A model generated the notes under the pieces. The model was given only the letters and a program-made list of their open reading frames with translations. It was not told the origin of the DNA and searched no databases. From contig NC_088857.1 in assembly GCF_963853765.1 (NCBI RefSeq), positions 8,556,001 through 8,620,000 on the forward strand: a stretch of DNA of 64,000 bases, read 5' to 3'. Both the position numbers and the translations under genes were made by a program. The number at the start of each line of letters is the position of its first letter. The first letter of the stretch is position 1. Shown in pieces: positions 11,710 to 25,606 of the stretch. This DNA comes from Magallana gigas. Its lineage: Eukaryota.

Positions 11710-13329
11710 TAGTACATGTACAGGGAATTAGAGGGAACGAAATAGAGAAAAAACATTTTGTCTCTGTGTTTTGTTTGTTCAGAAACCGTACATAAGATGT
11801 CCACTCTACCATGTAACCATGCCCAATCTTTAGTTATTATTTTATGCGTTTCCAGCTATTACTGAACCATGAAAGCGCAATTCTCTCAAATGTCACTTTC
11901 TATAAATCGCATCACAATTTAAGTTTATCAAATTGAAAACATTGTTTTTTTTCTCCCGATGTCGTTTTTAGTACATTTAGGTGGTGGGTTTGCACGAGTG
12001 AATCGATCATGTTTAAATAACAAATCGTTTTAAATACAATTATGAAACATAGATAAAATGCTCAAGTTTAGATAAATACATTCCAGTATCAATTTTTCTT
12101 GTCAACTGTGTGTGAGTCATTCCGCCATATTCAATGTAGTTGATAATGTTTCTTTATTTTGCATAATTTTTCAATAAATGACTTTTACAACTTACTAAGC
12201 TTTGCTGTACTACATCGTATAAACAAACAAGCTTCTATGTTGCTTTGGTGTTCTTTTTTAATTTCGAAATAAAGTTTGAATTATCAAAACACGTTAAAGT
12301 TTCAGTTAAAAAACAAACAAACAAACAAGCTGGTGAAATAAACAACCCGATTTTTGAATTATGTACATGAATGTATTTATGGATTGAGTTAACACCCCCC
12401 AACACCCCCCCCCCCCCTACAAAATACACGTATGGGGAGGGGATAAACATGAATAATCATCCTTTCGCTCACAAAGAAAATAAATTTGAAAAGATTATCA
12501 CGTTTATATAGATAATTATTTCAATCGTGGTTGCGAACCAGTGTCTGCAAGAAATACCAGGGGACACCAGTAGCTGATTAGTGAAAGTTTGAATCAGGAA
12601 AATAATATCATTTCAAAGACATGACGTCGAAAACATATTTGAAAATGAGAAGACTTAACTTAAACATCATATTTATTCACACAAATAAACACATCTTCCC
12701 TATATGGTCACTATGGAATTATAAACGGTAACGGTGATTAAATTTCCACATGTTCATTGTTGAAGAATTCTGCAAGAGGTACCGGCATGTAATCGAAAAT
12801 TAAACGTATGTATCAGCTTTGATACAACTGAATGAAAAAAGAACTAAATTAATGAAACGTTAGAAGAGTATATTTTATTGCCAATAAAAATAAAGTGTTT
12901 GATAGTGTTTGTTGCGTTTTCAAGGAGAATTCCCAATCCAGTGGAATAAAAAGATGGAAATCGGCTTTAAAAATCCAATATATTTTACAATGAACATTTG
13001 TATTCCAATTTGAAATGAGGTTTTAGAAGCGTCTTATAAGAAAACTGAATTTGTATTAACTTACGCTGCTACATGTATACATCAGCAAAAAAGATTATTA
13101 TGTGGGTATGAATCGACCGATTTCCTCTACCTGCAAAAGGACGCAACGCGTGCACGTTTCAGCAAATTGATATTTTTGTTTTTGTGAAATAAAATTTCAA
13201 TTCCACGAATATGATTCATAGCGTTTGATTCTTAAAATATGTTACAAAAATAACAGGCTCTTAAGAAAAAAATGCAAATAAATTAAAAATATTTGTTGAT
13301 AAGACAAACATTCCTTGAATATTGCTTAA

Positions 13330-14400
13330 GGTCCTGTCACAAAAAGCTGCTTTCTCACAGCGTTTTCACAGCGATGAAAAAATCCTGGAACTGCCGTAGG
13401 ATCGCAGGAAAAAAAATCAGAAAAATATACAATCTTATTTGAAATAATTTGAAAATATGTCATGATGTCCTGGCGGCGACCGAAGCGTTTCTACGGAGCT
13501 TAACAACGTGTAACTGCGTTTCCACAGATCTAGAGTTCTAATTGGCAATTGACTGTGCTCTCGCTCAGAATCCGCCAAGCGCTCATGACGTGCTCAACAT
13601 TTTTGCCTCACGTTCACAGCGAAATAAAAATGCTCGCTGACTGCGTGCACAGGGTGTTCTTTACTAAATGGTGTGTGAATTTGCATTAGTACAATATTAT
13701 TGTAAGGAAACAATCAAGTATTTGGTAACATCAGATCAAAATGACAAAAATTCCATCTGCGTCTTTAATGTACTGAGGTTTCATCAATATTTGTTGAATA
13801 GCAATTTTCGTGGATTTTGTTGTTTAGTTGTTCCACGAAATTAAATGTTCATCGAAGTGCAATTTCTATTATCATTTTGTATTGATATGGTCATTGGCCT
13901 TGAATTAGCATCTCCTTGAAACTGTGATATTCACTTCATCCACGAAAATTGATACCCTTGAATATTAATGAAACCACAGTAATCTGGAATATTCTAAAAT
14001 GCTACTTTTTACATATACTGTAGTCATCAACATCAAGTTTGAATAATATTGTACAACAGTTATTGTTCAAATTAATGTGAACAGACTGACAACGCACTTG
14101 AGACACAGCGGGGGCGCGGTATTAACGCTAATGAACGTAGAAAAAACGCCAAAGGATAGCGATGATCGAAGCAATAGCTCTTTGGGATCGCTGTGTGAAC
14201 GCAGCAAAATGAAAAACGTTCTAACGCTGTAAAGTGAGAGAGCAATAGAGACACAGTGACGTCATAAAGTCGGTATAAGCACAATCGACTCATTACTGCG
14301 ACTTTACTGCGATTATGAGCTCTAGTGGCTCGAAAAAACACCTCGAAAGTATTTCCTAGGCGTCGATGACAACCCCCCTTTTTATAAAACTTGATATAAA
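13330..14400 (+). mobile_element. Probable PIF/Harbinger-type non-autonomous remnant(s)
   Basis: TAA followed by GGTCCTGTCACA at 13330, with CpG-rich repeat-like interiors at 13330-13660 and 14080-14400. The matching right TIR was not found. Confidence 0.3.
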
Positions 14401-14584
14401 CACAACGCATTTTACGATCTGTTGAGATGTAAGCTAGACTTCATTAAAGTAAATGAAATACCCTAAAATATAACACAGAAGCGACTTATAAGGCTGTCTA
14501 GCCGATACTTATTTTAATGGGAAGCGACTCCATTTTGTATAAAATTCTAACATCCGGTAAATAAATGTTAATACATTCGAGGTA

Positions 14585-14654
14585 TTTTTCCGAGCCTGCC
14601 GGAAAGGCCCGAGAAGTTGTTTTTCCGAGCCTGCCGGAAAGGCCCGAGAAGTTG
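14585..14654. repeat. Perfect 35-bp tandem duplication
   Basis: TTTTTCCGAGCCTGCCGGAAAGGCCCGAGAAGTTG twice (14585-14619 and 14620-14654), no spacer. Confidence 0.95.
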
Positions 14655-16869
14655 CGATTGCGATATAAGGATTAGCATTTATCAAGAAGAGCAACTCTAT
14701 ATATTACATGATAATTATGCTGATACTTTCAGAGAGTAGTCGTCCCTTACACCGTACGTTTTCTCCGGGTTATGTTTTTTCCAGGGTACGAACTATCCCG
14801 ATACCCGGCCTCTTTGCACGCGATTTATCGCTAATTCACAACAATACTGTTGGTTTTGCATCGGTGCTCGTTTGTTTTGTATCAATGTGATTTTGCGAAA
14901 GAGGCTGTTGATTTTATTCTAAGCTGGTCTGTTTCGGTTTTTTTTTTCGTTTTTAAAAACTAGTTGTTCGCTTTGCATTAACGTCTTTTTACCCTTTCCG
15001 CCGCCCATAGAGATACTCGATAGATGTACATTTTGTATGTACATATGCAAAAAAGTTGTCTGTCTTTAGACAAAATCTTGATTGAAAGTTCCATGTAAAA
15101 TAAGGATAAAACTAGAAATACTAAGGTAGGGGTGTCAATTTTACTCCGTTGGCGAAGTCGATGAATTGGAACATTTAGTCGTACGGTAGTCGAGTACTCG
15201 TTGATTTATTTTAAACTTTATGTCCTTTTCAAATCAAATAACTCTACAGTCACATACATCGTAACTTAAACCAAACTTGAGATAATACGCACTAAATGTA
15301 TTGGATTTCAAATAAATTAAAACGTATTTTATCTAAATATTCGTAAGTTAATGTCTTTGCCTTTTCTTTTTCTTATGACGCTTACACATAATTATAATTA
15401 TTAAGCTCCATAATTATCATCTTACTAGGCAAATCAAATGTTACCTGCTTACCGTTAAGCCATTGCCCCGTGCCGGGCCAAATGAACAATAACAGTTTTA
15501 GTGAGTATAAAAACAAACACATTGAGGTGATATTATTAAATTTTTTATAAATACAGAAATCTAATCCAATAAATAACTGATTAAAAGAATCAAAAATTGA
15601 TCTCTTCAAGTACATGCTTGCATAAGTACAGTTACTTCTATTCAAAAAAATAGTTTGATATACAAATTCAACAGAGATCAATTGTTAGCCGCCTAAAAAT
15701 ATACGGGGGACACCTGTTTAATGGAACAGAAAGTAACAAGACCAAAAATGCCGAGAAAAGAAAACCCTTATTTTAATTCGAAGCCCAAAAACTGCTGCGT
15801 AAAGGAAACAAAAAATATTTTGATTTTTTTTTCACTTTATTTAGAGAAATCGACTAGGAAAATTTTAGTCGATGATCGGTGTGACCGAGCTACAGTCGAG
15901 TACTCATTGTCATCTGTAGACTATGTACTTTGATTATCTGATCGGGATCGAGTTTCTCTACAGTAGTACACACAGATCAAACCACTGAGATAAACTAAGT
16001 GTAGAGATTGAACTCATCTGCATTATACACGTGTAAGATATATATGATTTTTTTTTCTATTCAGCTATACATGAATCGTGCTGATGAATGGTAATTTTCT
16101 TTGAAAATTTATCAATTCTTAGAGTATTTCAAAAAAAGATTATGTTTTATTTCACACGTAAATTCATTTCTGACTATGGTACATCTTTATTTCTCAACTT
16201 TAAAAGTCCGGGTGTTCATATTCATTTTGATGCATTAGAACTGGCACAAAATATGTTTATTTCATTTCTATATTGCATAGTGCATATTTTAAAGAGAACT
16301 TAATGGATTGTGCATTTTTTCCCATCCAGCTGAATCCCATAAATCATTAAACTAAACAGCGACGCAGCAAAAGTACATCTTTGAAGTTGGATAATTAAAC
16401 GAGAAGTACAGATTCAATATTGCTTGTCAGATACAAATAACAAAATCAAAAAAAAATATTATTTGCTGTCATTTGCACACGCTAATCAAAATTTATTGTT
16501 TGTGCACTGTGTACCTCTTGCTATGGACCACCCGGTTTTTTGCTTATCAAAATGTATAACCACGTGATGGTGATGCAGAAGTATGTATACGTAGTAGTTT
16601 TGGAATGGTCAGTGTAGACGATATATTAACAATTAAGATTATCATACTTTCATGTTAAATACTGAAATCTGAATTGTTTAGAGGCAGTTTATAATCAGTT
16701 CTATTACCCTCAGTGTTAGCAACACACTTGGCAACGGGTAACACAACGAATTGTTTCATGCGCGTAAATTATGCGCGTACGGTTCGGCGTAGAATTCAAG
16801 TCATTTCTATATAAAAGCAGAAAAAAATTCCCTAAAATTAGGACATTCAGTATAATAAAAAAAGTAGAC

Positions 16870-16972
16870 TAGTGCCTGTTTGGGAGGGTAATTTACAGTT
16901 AAAATTGACACCCCGAGGAAACCATTGTCTACCGACGCAAATTTCAACTGTTACCCTCCCAAACAGGCACTA
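16870..16972. mobile_element. Internally deleted palindromic MITE-like repeat
   Basis: Perfect 22-bp inverted repeats TAGTGCCTGTTTGGGAGGGTAA (16870-16891) and TTACCCTCCCAAACAGGCACTA (16951-16972). Confidence 0.75.
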
Positions 16973-18154
16973 TTTATATATTGTAAAATGGGCGTATCCT
17001 TCCACTCTGAGCCTCTTTCTTTACTCATATTCAACGTTTTGTTTATGATCTTTCAATTTGAACAGATTGCAACAGAAAAGGAGAATGTGCATTTATACCC
17101 AATGTATTATTTTCAAGTTTCATTCAGATGGTTAAGAATTTTTTGTTAAGAATTTAAAAGAAAGTATCGTACACCCCTTTGTGCTTCTTCTTACTCTGAC
17201 GCAAAGAGAACTTTGCAGGTAAATACTCTATTAACAATTTTAACAGAACACAGTTGGTGCTGCTAATTCAAAGTGACACATTCTCCGATTAAAAACAACT
17301 TGAGAATATGTTTACGTCAGTGAACTTTGGTACGAACAACAAAACAATAAGAAAAGATGGCAATTGAATCCCAACTTCTATTTGTTTTGAATATAAATAC
17401 GTGAACGGTTTAAAGTACATGTAAAAAAGTATTAGATTGTCTAAAAAAGAAAATATACCCATTCGGTAAGTCTTTGACATCTACAATGTTAATATTCAGG
17501 GATAAGGAACTCAAAGCGAGATGACACAGCCATCTTTACGTTTTATTTGTCATCTGAGCATGTCTTTTGAATTCGGTTCAAGGCCATCAATTGATAGTAA
17601 TACAAGCAAAATTTCATTGAAGAAAACATGAAAGAAATAAAAAATTCAAAACATACGTGATTAATGAATTATGAATGTGTTAATATCAGGTTGAGACTCT
17701 GCGTTGTGAATTACTTACGACCACCGCCAAATTCTCGTTATTCTTTTCAGAAACAACCATTTTTGCGGCATACTTTACAGAAAGACATTTAATTACCCAA
17801 GGCTTTCAATATAAACATTTCATAACGTTGTAAACATTGAAGTTTTTATGATCATATTTTGACGAGTCCCTGAGGAGGGAGAAACATATTTACGATGAAA
17901 TGAAATTTATTTTGCAGGCCATTATGCGTTTTATAGAATTAAGTAATGATTTGAGAAAAATCGTGAGTACCCCAGTACTTGACAAAACAACACACCTGAA
18001 CAACACAACCAAGTAACAGTAAGCACTAATTGTAATGGACTAGAGTAACAAAGCAAAACCGATAGAATATCAATTAAGGCAATAAAATTTACTGCAAATG
18101 CGGGAAAAATGAATAAATTTAATAACACATGGGGAAGATGGCTACCTTTTTAAC

Positions 18155-18157
<3 letters not shown>

Positions 18158-18219
<62 letters not shown>

Positions 18220-18385
18220 TACTGAACAGATGTCATAATTTGTTTTAAAAGAAAATACAGAATGTAGTAGATACCGCTTTTAAATTGGGTTTAAGTTGAT
18301 TGTGTTTAACCCCTTCTAAATTTCACAATAAGGTCATCGATTTGTTCTCATTTTGATATATCCCAAGAATCATATGTTCATTTAA
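18158..18385 (+). repeat. (CT)n microsatellite plus ~170-bp flank, copy 1 of a dispersed repeat
   Basis: The CT tract at 18158-18214 is followed by a block containing AATGTAGTAGATACCGCTTTTAAATTGGGTTT and CATCGATTTGTTCTCATT. The same block recurs at about 19830-20012. Confidence 0.8.
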
Positions 18386-19786
18386 TGTGTATGTTCTTTT
18401 CCGAATTCTTCTTCTTCTTCTTCCGATAAGATTTTCAATTTGTGTCTTTAAGCTAAAACATAAATGTTTTTTTCGGTTTAAGTGTTATATTTTTATGAAA
18501 GAAATAGATTTATAATAAAAAGAAACCCTTTTGAATAAAACTGCGACAAAAATACATTTACAAAATTTTTTTCAAAGGACATTTTGTTAAGTTAATGTTG
18601 TAACTTCAAGTATATGTGGTGATTGTATATGTAGCTAACAATTTCCAGCTCGCTTATCGGTTTTTCTAAGTTCAAACCTAAATCCGTATCGTGTTAAATC
18701 CCCTGATAATTTAACTAACCGATAAATTGTGAATATAACAGCCGTCAAAGAGTTACTAATCAAATTTTATAATAGCTTAATGGCTTTTTAACATCTCATT
18801 AAACATCTTTAAAATTTTGTAATGTATCATCTCCCTTTTTAATGAATAAATTTTAAAAAGAGAGTGAACTTAGTTTAAAAAAATATCTTAGTAAATTTCG
18901 ATTAACTAAAGGAAAGGCCGGAATCTATCGATGATTGTTACTGTTTTTTGCAATCTAAATTTTGGAAATCGGTTCTGGCTCATTTACTTTCATGTTAATT
19001 TATGTGACACACCACTTTTGCATTCAAATTCATATCACCAATTTAATTTGTTTACCTATTAAGGATATTTAAAGGTGTGATGTTTGGGCTTATATCGAAA
19101 AAAATATACTATAAAGTGCTGTTTTTTCGACGTTGGTGTGCTGAACGATATTAATATAACATTAAGAAAACATTCTAAGATGACACATGCCAAAAAAGTA
19201 CGACATACATGTAAATATTACCAAATCAAATGACAGATGAAAACATCGAGTTGCTTACAATGAAAGATAAGGCAAAAAATATCAATAGTACCCAGCGTAC
19301 TTAATCACGATCCTAAATACCCCTCAATTTCCAAGTATTCTCGGGATATGATAAGGCAGTAGCTGCTCTCTGACAATATAAAACAGGGAAGATGGAAACT
19401 TAATAAAAAGTCAATTCCAGATGTTTGAAAAAGAAAATAAAGTGATCGTGGGGTATTTTGATGAAAGTAATAAACCCTCAGCGCGGGCCATTGTACGGGG
19501 GATCGGCGCCCAGTCAGGGTTTGATTGAGGACCGGGGACAGCGTGTTATTTTTATGTTACTCCACCCTGCTTTTGAGATTAAATGTCAAACTTCAATTTT
19601 TGTCCATTATTTGTTCTTTTCATATCTCCCATAATTATTTCAGGCTTACAAGACGTGATTATGATGTGCGAAAAAGTTTGTCATGGTAGATTTTCGTTTC
19701 ATATGTGATCTACAAAAGAAGTAAGAAGTCCGTAAAAATCGTATATAAGATGTTTCTTATTAAAACACAGAGAGTGAACTCAAGTG

Positions 19787-20041
19787 CTCTCTCTCTCTCC
19801 CTCTCTCTCTCTCTCTCTCATATATATATAAACGTCGACTTACTGAACATGTATCATAGTTGGTTCGAAATAAAAATACATGTACATAATTAATGTAGTA
19901 GATACCGCTTTTAAATTGGGTTTGAGATAATTGTGTTTAACCCCTCCTATTTTTAACAATAAAGCCATCGATTTGTTCTCATTCCGATATATCCCAAGAA
20001 GCACATGTTCAATTTATTGCCTGACGTCATGACGTCAGGCA
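19787..20041 (+). repeat. (CT)n/(AT)n microsatellite plus flank, copy 2, ending in a 24-bp palindrome
   Basis: Direct, diverged copy of 18158-18385, followed by the perfect palindrome TGCCTGACGTCATGACGTCAGGCA (20018-20041). Confidence 0.8.
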
Positions 20042-23000
20042 TATCTAAGGTTTAAAAGTTGCAATCTCCGAAACAGTGCAGACAATGGGACAAGCAAAAT
20101 CATGATATCTCACAAAAAAGATTGACCGAGGCATGTTTAAAATGTCAGGATTTACGTTCATAATTGATGAAAATGTTATATGGCATGTGGTAACAACAGC
20201 GAGCAAGAGTTTTCAAGTAAAAAGGACGGTCACCATGCAGATCCTGCTTTAAAAATAGATCAGCATTCCACCAAATTTGAACGGTTAAAAAGGGGGAGGG
20301 GGTCATCGCAACAAGTTGTAACATATTGTCTATTACGGTACAATGTAAGACATAATTGGTGTTGGATTATCATTATTACAAGAGAGTCATCAGTTTGGAA
20401 TTAAAACAAATATATATTTATACAGCTGGAATGTTTACTGGAGGAACTAAATCGCCAAAGCGGGTGTGACCCCATCTTCGTTTAGTTGGGCGATTTCTTA
20501 CTAAATGTACATTACCACATTTAAAAATTACTAATCAAGTGTTTCTTAATTCGATAGATTTCTTCCAAAACATCCGATCCAAAATATAATATACATATAT
20601 GTAGCTGTTACAAAACAAATGTCAAAAAATTCATCTACCCCCCCCCCCCCCCCCCAATGGATCTCTGCCAATGGATGAGTTCATTCGTTGTGTGAACGGT
20701 AAAGCAGGATTTCGCGCCAAAATGTATCATTCATAGTTTTTGTGCGTCGATTAGTTGACGAGTCTGTTGGGATCATGCAAATACCCCAGAGCACACCATG
20801 TGTTTACATCACAGGCACGTAGCATCGGGGGTTGGGGTGGGGGAGGCTGCTTCCCCCTCCCTTCTTTTTTGACAGCTGGCACTTTCTTAACTTTATAGGA
20901 TAAATGAAAATATCATGGATTTGCCCCCCCCCCCTTCCATTTTTGTAGGAGCATGCAATAATGAAAAGTTCTGCAAATAAGAAATTATAATTGAATTGAA
21001 GTTACAGTTAGGGTTTTTTTTCATGAATTTGAGAATTCACCCTTTTTTAATTGCTTGTCAAGATGATTTTAATGAAGCTGCCCACACACATTCAGAAACA
21101 ATACGTGTTTGTGTACCCTCTCATATTTCAGAAGGTTGGAAGTTTTAAAAAATGCCTTTCAGTTGATTTTGCAATTAATATAACAAATACAATTTGAAAA
21201 AACGACTATTTACTCTCCAGCTTTCGAACTTACATGTACTTATATGATATGTGTGCATTCCTAATTATAAAAAATTGAATTAATAAAATAAATGAATTTT
21301 AAGTGATAGATATGTACATGTTCTAGATTGAAGAAAAGACTAACATTTCGTCTTAAATTTGCATGTTCCATTTATAAATTTATGATCAGCAGCGAAAATT
21401 AAAATTCATTTCTGATAAGATAGCCTAACTGATACATGCATGCTTCCATTGAATAATTTTGTTTAGTCAGGCAAGCTTTTTGGAAAGCTATTACTTTTAT
21501 ATATGTAGTTTTCCGAATTCCTGAACTTTATATATGAGCAGTAGTGGTAAATTTTGAAATGTCTTGGTGTTCTTGGAATTGTCTTCTAAAATCATTTTAA
21601 ACCCCGAATTTTTTTGTCTGATAATTACGATCATGAATGTCAGATTAAATTTCACACGTTACAGACAAATCAAGTGAATACCTGTGTTGATTCTTTAATC
21701 CAACCAATTAAGATACGTATACATCGACAGCACATTACTCTACCATTTATCTTATCCTTCATCGACAAACACATTGAAATCTAACAAAAACCGAGTTTAG
21801 AAAATCGTCAAATGGACACAAATGAGATTCTTACTTTCACATTCCGTACACCGTGCATTGTTACAGAGCACGTGATGTGATTAGTGTCCTCCATTAATCA
21901 CAAAATCAGCCATTTATGAATTATCGAAACCTTTGACACCAGGTGCATTAATTTTGACACATCGGTGATAATTACCCAGTTTAAAAACAGTATATTTGAT
22001 GCATACATAAAATAGCACAGACTGGAATAATGAATCAATAAATGTATGCGTTATAAATTATTATGTTGAAGTCGCAAAGAAGCAACAACCTTAAATAACC
22101 CAAATGCATCAGATCAAAAGAAAATTAAACGTAAAAATCGATACTAAAGTATCATATTTTTACTTTGACATGAACATAGATTCACCAGGTGTCAATCAAT
22201 TTTCCGATTATCTCATATTGAACTAAGAGATGGTAAATATATAAAAATCAACATTTTTCTTTTTTGCATGAAAACACTATCACATGTTTGAACTAAAGAG
22301 ACACACCACCTTTATTTGCAAATCCTGTTTTTTTTATCAGAAAATAATTACCACCAATCTTTAAAAAAAGTATGCAAAGGATTAAATGTTGTGCACTTTT
22401 TGTTGAAAAAATCTTTGTTCAAGGAAAGAAACAAATTGTCGAGCTTCGGGTATTTGATCCGGGCTAACTTCCGTGATCACAAAGCGAAACCAATCATGTA
22501 GTTTAGGGGGAGCAATTTGCCTCATACATGGAAAATTGTTTCGTGGCAAAAACCAATAATGGCCAATCAGCATTCATGTATTGACTTTAATTATGGAGTA
22601 TGCAGACAATTGTAATCATTCACAATTAGACCTTTTTTGAACAGTGTGATGGCTCTTTTAATAGTGTTAGTTCTCAGGTTACTTAGGTAATAAGTTAATC
22701 TTTAATTGTCTATCAAATATTTCAATGTCACTAGATTTAATGGACCTCTCTTGCTCGGTTTAGATTTACACCCACAGTACTTGCTTCCTACCTGCAAGTG
22801 TCCGTATGTACAACTTTTTCCCAGTATTACCCTTTTTTAAGGCAAACCTAACAGATAATAATCTCTATTAATCTGTAATTAATAATAGATTTTATATTAT
22901 ACTGACATCATGTTGATGTTTGTTTAGAAAGCAAATTTTGATAAACTTTTGATATGTCGTTAGTTTTTTGGTTTTTTTTTTATTAATTTATTCACAAAAA

Positions 23001-24245
23001 TTATTAAATCAAAATTGATTATGACAATAAACAAACACTGCTGTCTCAATAATTCATCGAAATAATCAATGTATTATTTCTATCAAATCCCGTTTTAAAG
23101 CGAAGTACTTTAATGTTAAATTCGCTGGATATGCTCTCTGAATTTCCGGAGTTTTAAAAAGGATTTCTAGTGCGATTAAAATCCTACAAAAATAAATCAA
23201 AATCAGTACTGTTATTAAGAACTTCGTTAAGAAATAATTCCTTGTATCTCTATCAGTAAATCAAATGTAATCGGTTGTGTAGCTATTGTTCGCAAATGGA
23301 AATGCATTGTAGAAAAAGAAAACCTTCGTTTCGCCTTTCCCTCCCATACTATTTTAATGTTAATTTTATGAGGAAGTCCTTATTTCTAAAAATATGTTAA
23401 TGTCGGAATATATTAACACAGTTTGATCAATAATAACTCGAACAGCATCTATGTGAATGGAAGGCAGCTTTGAACAGTAAAGGTAAACTCGTTAATCTCA
23501 GTACACCTGAAAAAAGGCCCCACTTTTCAACGAACGAATTTAACAGAAAAGCGATTGATTTTTATTAGAAATGGAATGTTTGATTTAAAATCAAAACTCT
23601 CATATATACTATATAAATTTGAGAAAAAAAACACTCTCAAAAAATTAATTCATCAATGGATTTGCATGATGACAAAAATAAAATCAATTTGAGCGATCGT
23701 GATATCGAGAAAATCTATCTTTTGAAATGAGAACTAAAACTGATGCTTCGAAATCATAAATATTTATGGAATCACAACGACTTCAAACATTGTGACCTTG
23801 AGTTCGTTATAATGTTTATTTAAAAATTCTTCCTGGAAATGAAAATATAAATGGAATCGCAAATAACTTCAAACATTGTATCCTTGAATTCGATTTCTAT
23901 AATATTTATTTGAATATTCTTCCTGGAATAAAAAAAAAAGAAAATTAATAACATGCAAGTTTGTCAGATACAGTAGATCCTTACATTATTTTTTTTTTTT
24001 AAATTTCGAATATATGTTGCTTATTTCATAGGGCTTCAACTTGCTACAAAATCTGTAATTATAGAGCTATCCAACCAGTTACAATAATAAACCCACACTC
24101 CACGGTGTATTCGTGTCGTGTAAGATGAACCGATCTATTATACGTATGGAAATCAACATCAAAAAGTCGAAACCCTTCTTTTCAAAAATTTCCATAACGA
24201 GGGCTTTAGAAGTGTTTTCCATCTCAGATATCCAGCAAGTGTCGA

Positions 24246-24367
24246 GTTGTCACCGGCAATCGTTCCTGTGTCAAATTCTTCCCCACTGTCTGGTGTGGCA
24301 CCTCTGACAAATTACTGTCATTGTGTAACGTTTATCGCGGACTGAATCGCCATGACAACCGGTAAGA
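24246..24367 (+). promoter_or_regulatory. Two RFX X-box-like motifs and a splice donor; candidate promoter/first exon of the FAM124 gene
   Basis: GTTGTC-ACC-GGCAAT (24246-24260) and ATCGCC-AT-GACAAC (24346-24359) fit RYYRYY-N1-3-RRNRAC (the first with one mismatch). CG|GTAAGA donor at 24362. About 1.25 kb upstream of the ATG. Confidence 0.35.
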
Positions 24368-25606
24368 TGGAGTTCACAGCCGATGACGGATTGTAATTTG
24401 TCCGAATTGTTGTAACACTGAGTGACGGATTAATCTCCTGATTTGTACCTTGTTAAATCTGTTCGGCTCGAGTGTCTCAAAGTCATGTCATCTTATGAGA
24501 ACATTTGGAGTGGTTTTCTGAAGACTTCTGATATGCTTTGTCACTGACTTTTTTCCGTACAATATACTAGGATATTATACGGTAACACTGAGTGGACAAT
24601 GATTGGATTGCAAGTAAATTACTTGTATGCAAGCAATGAGTACTGACAACCCGTTTCTTTGATATGAATTTTCTTTTGTGAGTTCTAAAGGAAAATACGA
24701 TATGTAGATATTCCGTAAAGTAAGTAATGTAAGGAGGGGACCCTCAACATTGAATGAAGAAAATGGATATTGTTGTGTGGAGAAAAGAGTAAAGACACTC
24801 AATTAATCAATCGACCAAATTAAAGAAATGACGCAAGTTATTCCATCCTAACCTAACAATCGGAATGCGACCGCAATAATGAGTTTGGAATAAATGGCCC
24901 TTCCTGTCTTGACCTCGGGGTACCACCTCGGGTATTAGAGGGAGCAGTCCATTTAAATCTATTACATGCTGAGGGAGTTATTTTGTGAACCATTTTAAAG
25001 GTTTTTCTTGTCGCAGAAGGAGCGTAACGCTCAAATTCTGATTCCGAAATGTTAATGTAAAAATTTAAAATGCCAATGAGAAGATAATATTTTAAAAAAA
25101 TCCCTATTGTCCAATCAGATCGTTGTGTTACTTGCTCTGGATCTGTGGGAAGAAATGAAACATACAACGGTAAACCACGTGCTTTGTTATAGTTTCGAAG
25201 TTGTCTTTAGACAGTAACGAGACAGGTTTAGTGCTGACTTTGCTTCAGAAGTGACAGGACTATGGCAGTAGGTGATGAATGTGTCCAAGTAAAGGCAGTC
25301 ATCACTTCAAACCGCAATCTCTAGACCCGAACGAGCGGGGACGTTTACATGCAATTTATTCATTTGAAGTTGGAGTGGTACAAGATAAACTTTTTTGTGA
25401 AAGGCTTTTTCAAGCTTACAGGAAGGAGATTTGTGCTGTTATTCTGATGAATTTACCAGATCGATATGCCTCTTACACTAATGCTCCTAATAGCATATTA
25501 AGCTTGATAGATGCTGGGACAAGTCAGCGTAAATGAGAAATTCATTGTTGAGTTTAATTTTTCATTGTGATGTTATAACTGTTTCCACGAGATAGGAATA
25601 TTTTAA

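Noticed and set aside
14585-14654. 35-bp direct repeat of CRISPR-like length
   Set aside because: Only two abutting copies, no spacers, no cas genes, and the context is eukaryotic.
23766-23935. Two diverged ~85-bp tandem copies
   Set aside because: An ordinary decayed local duplication with no coding or structural signal.
25279-25536. 85-aa ORF just upstream of FAM124
   Set aside because: No recognisable motif; probably intronic or UTR and within chance expectation.
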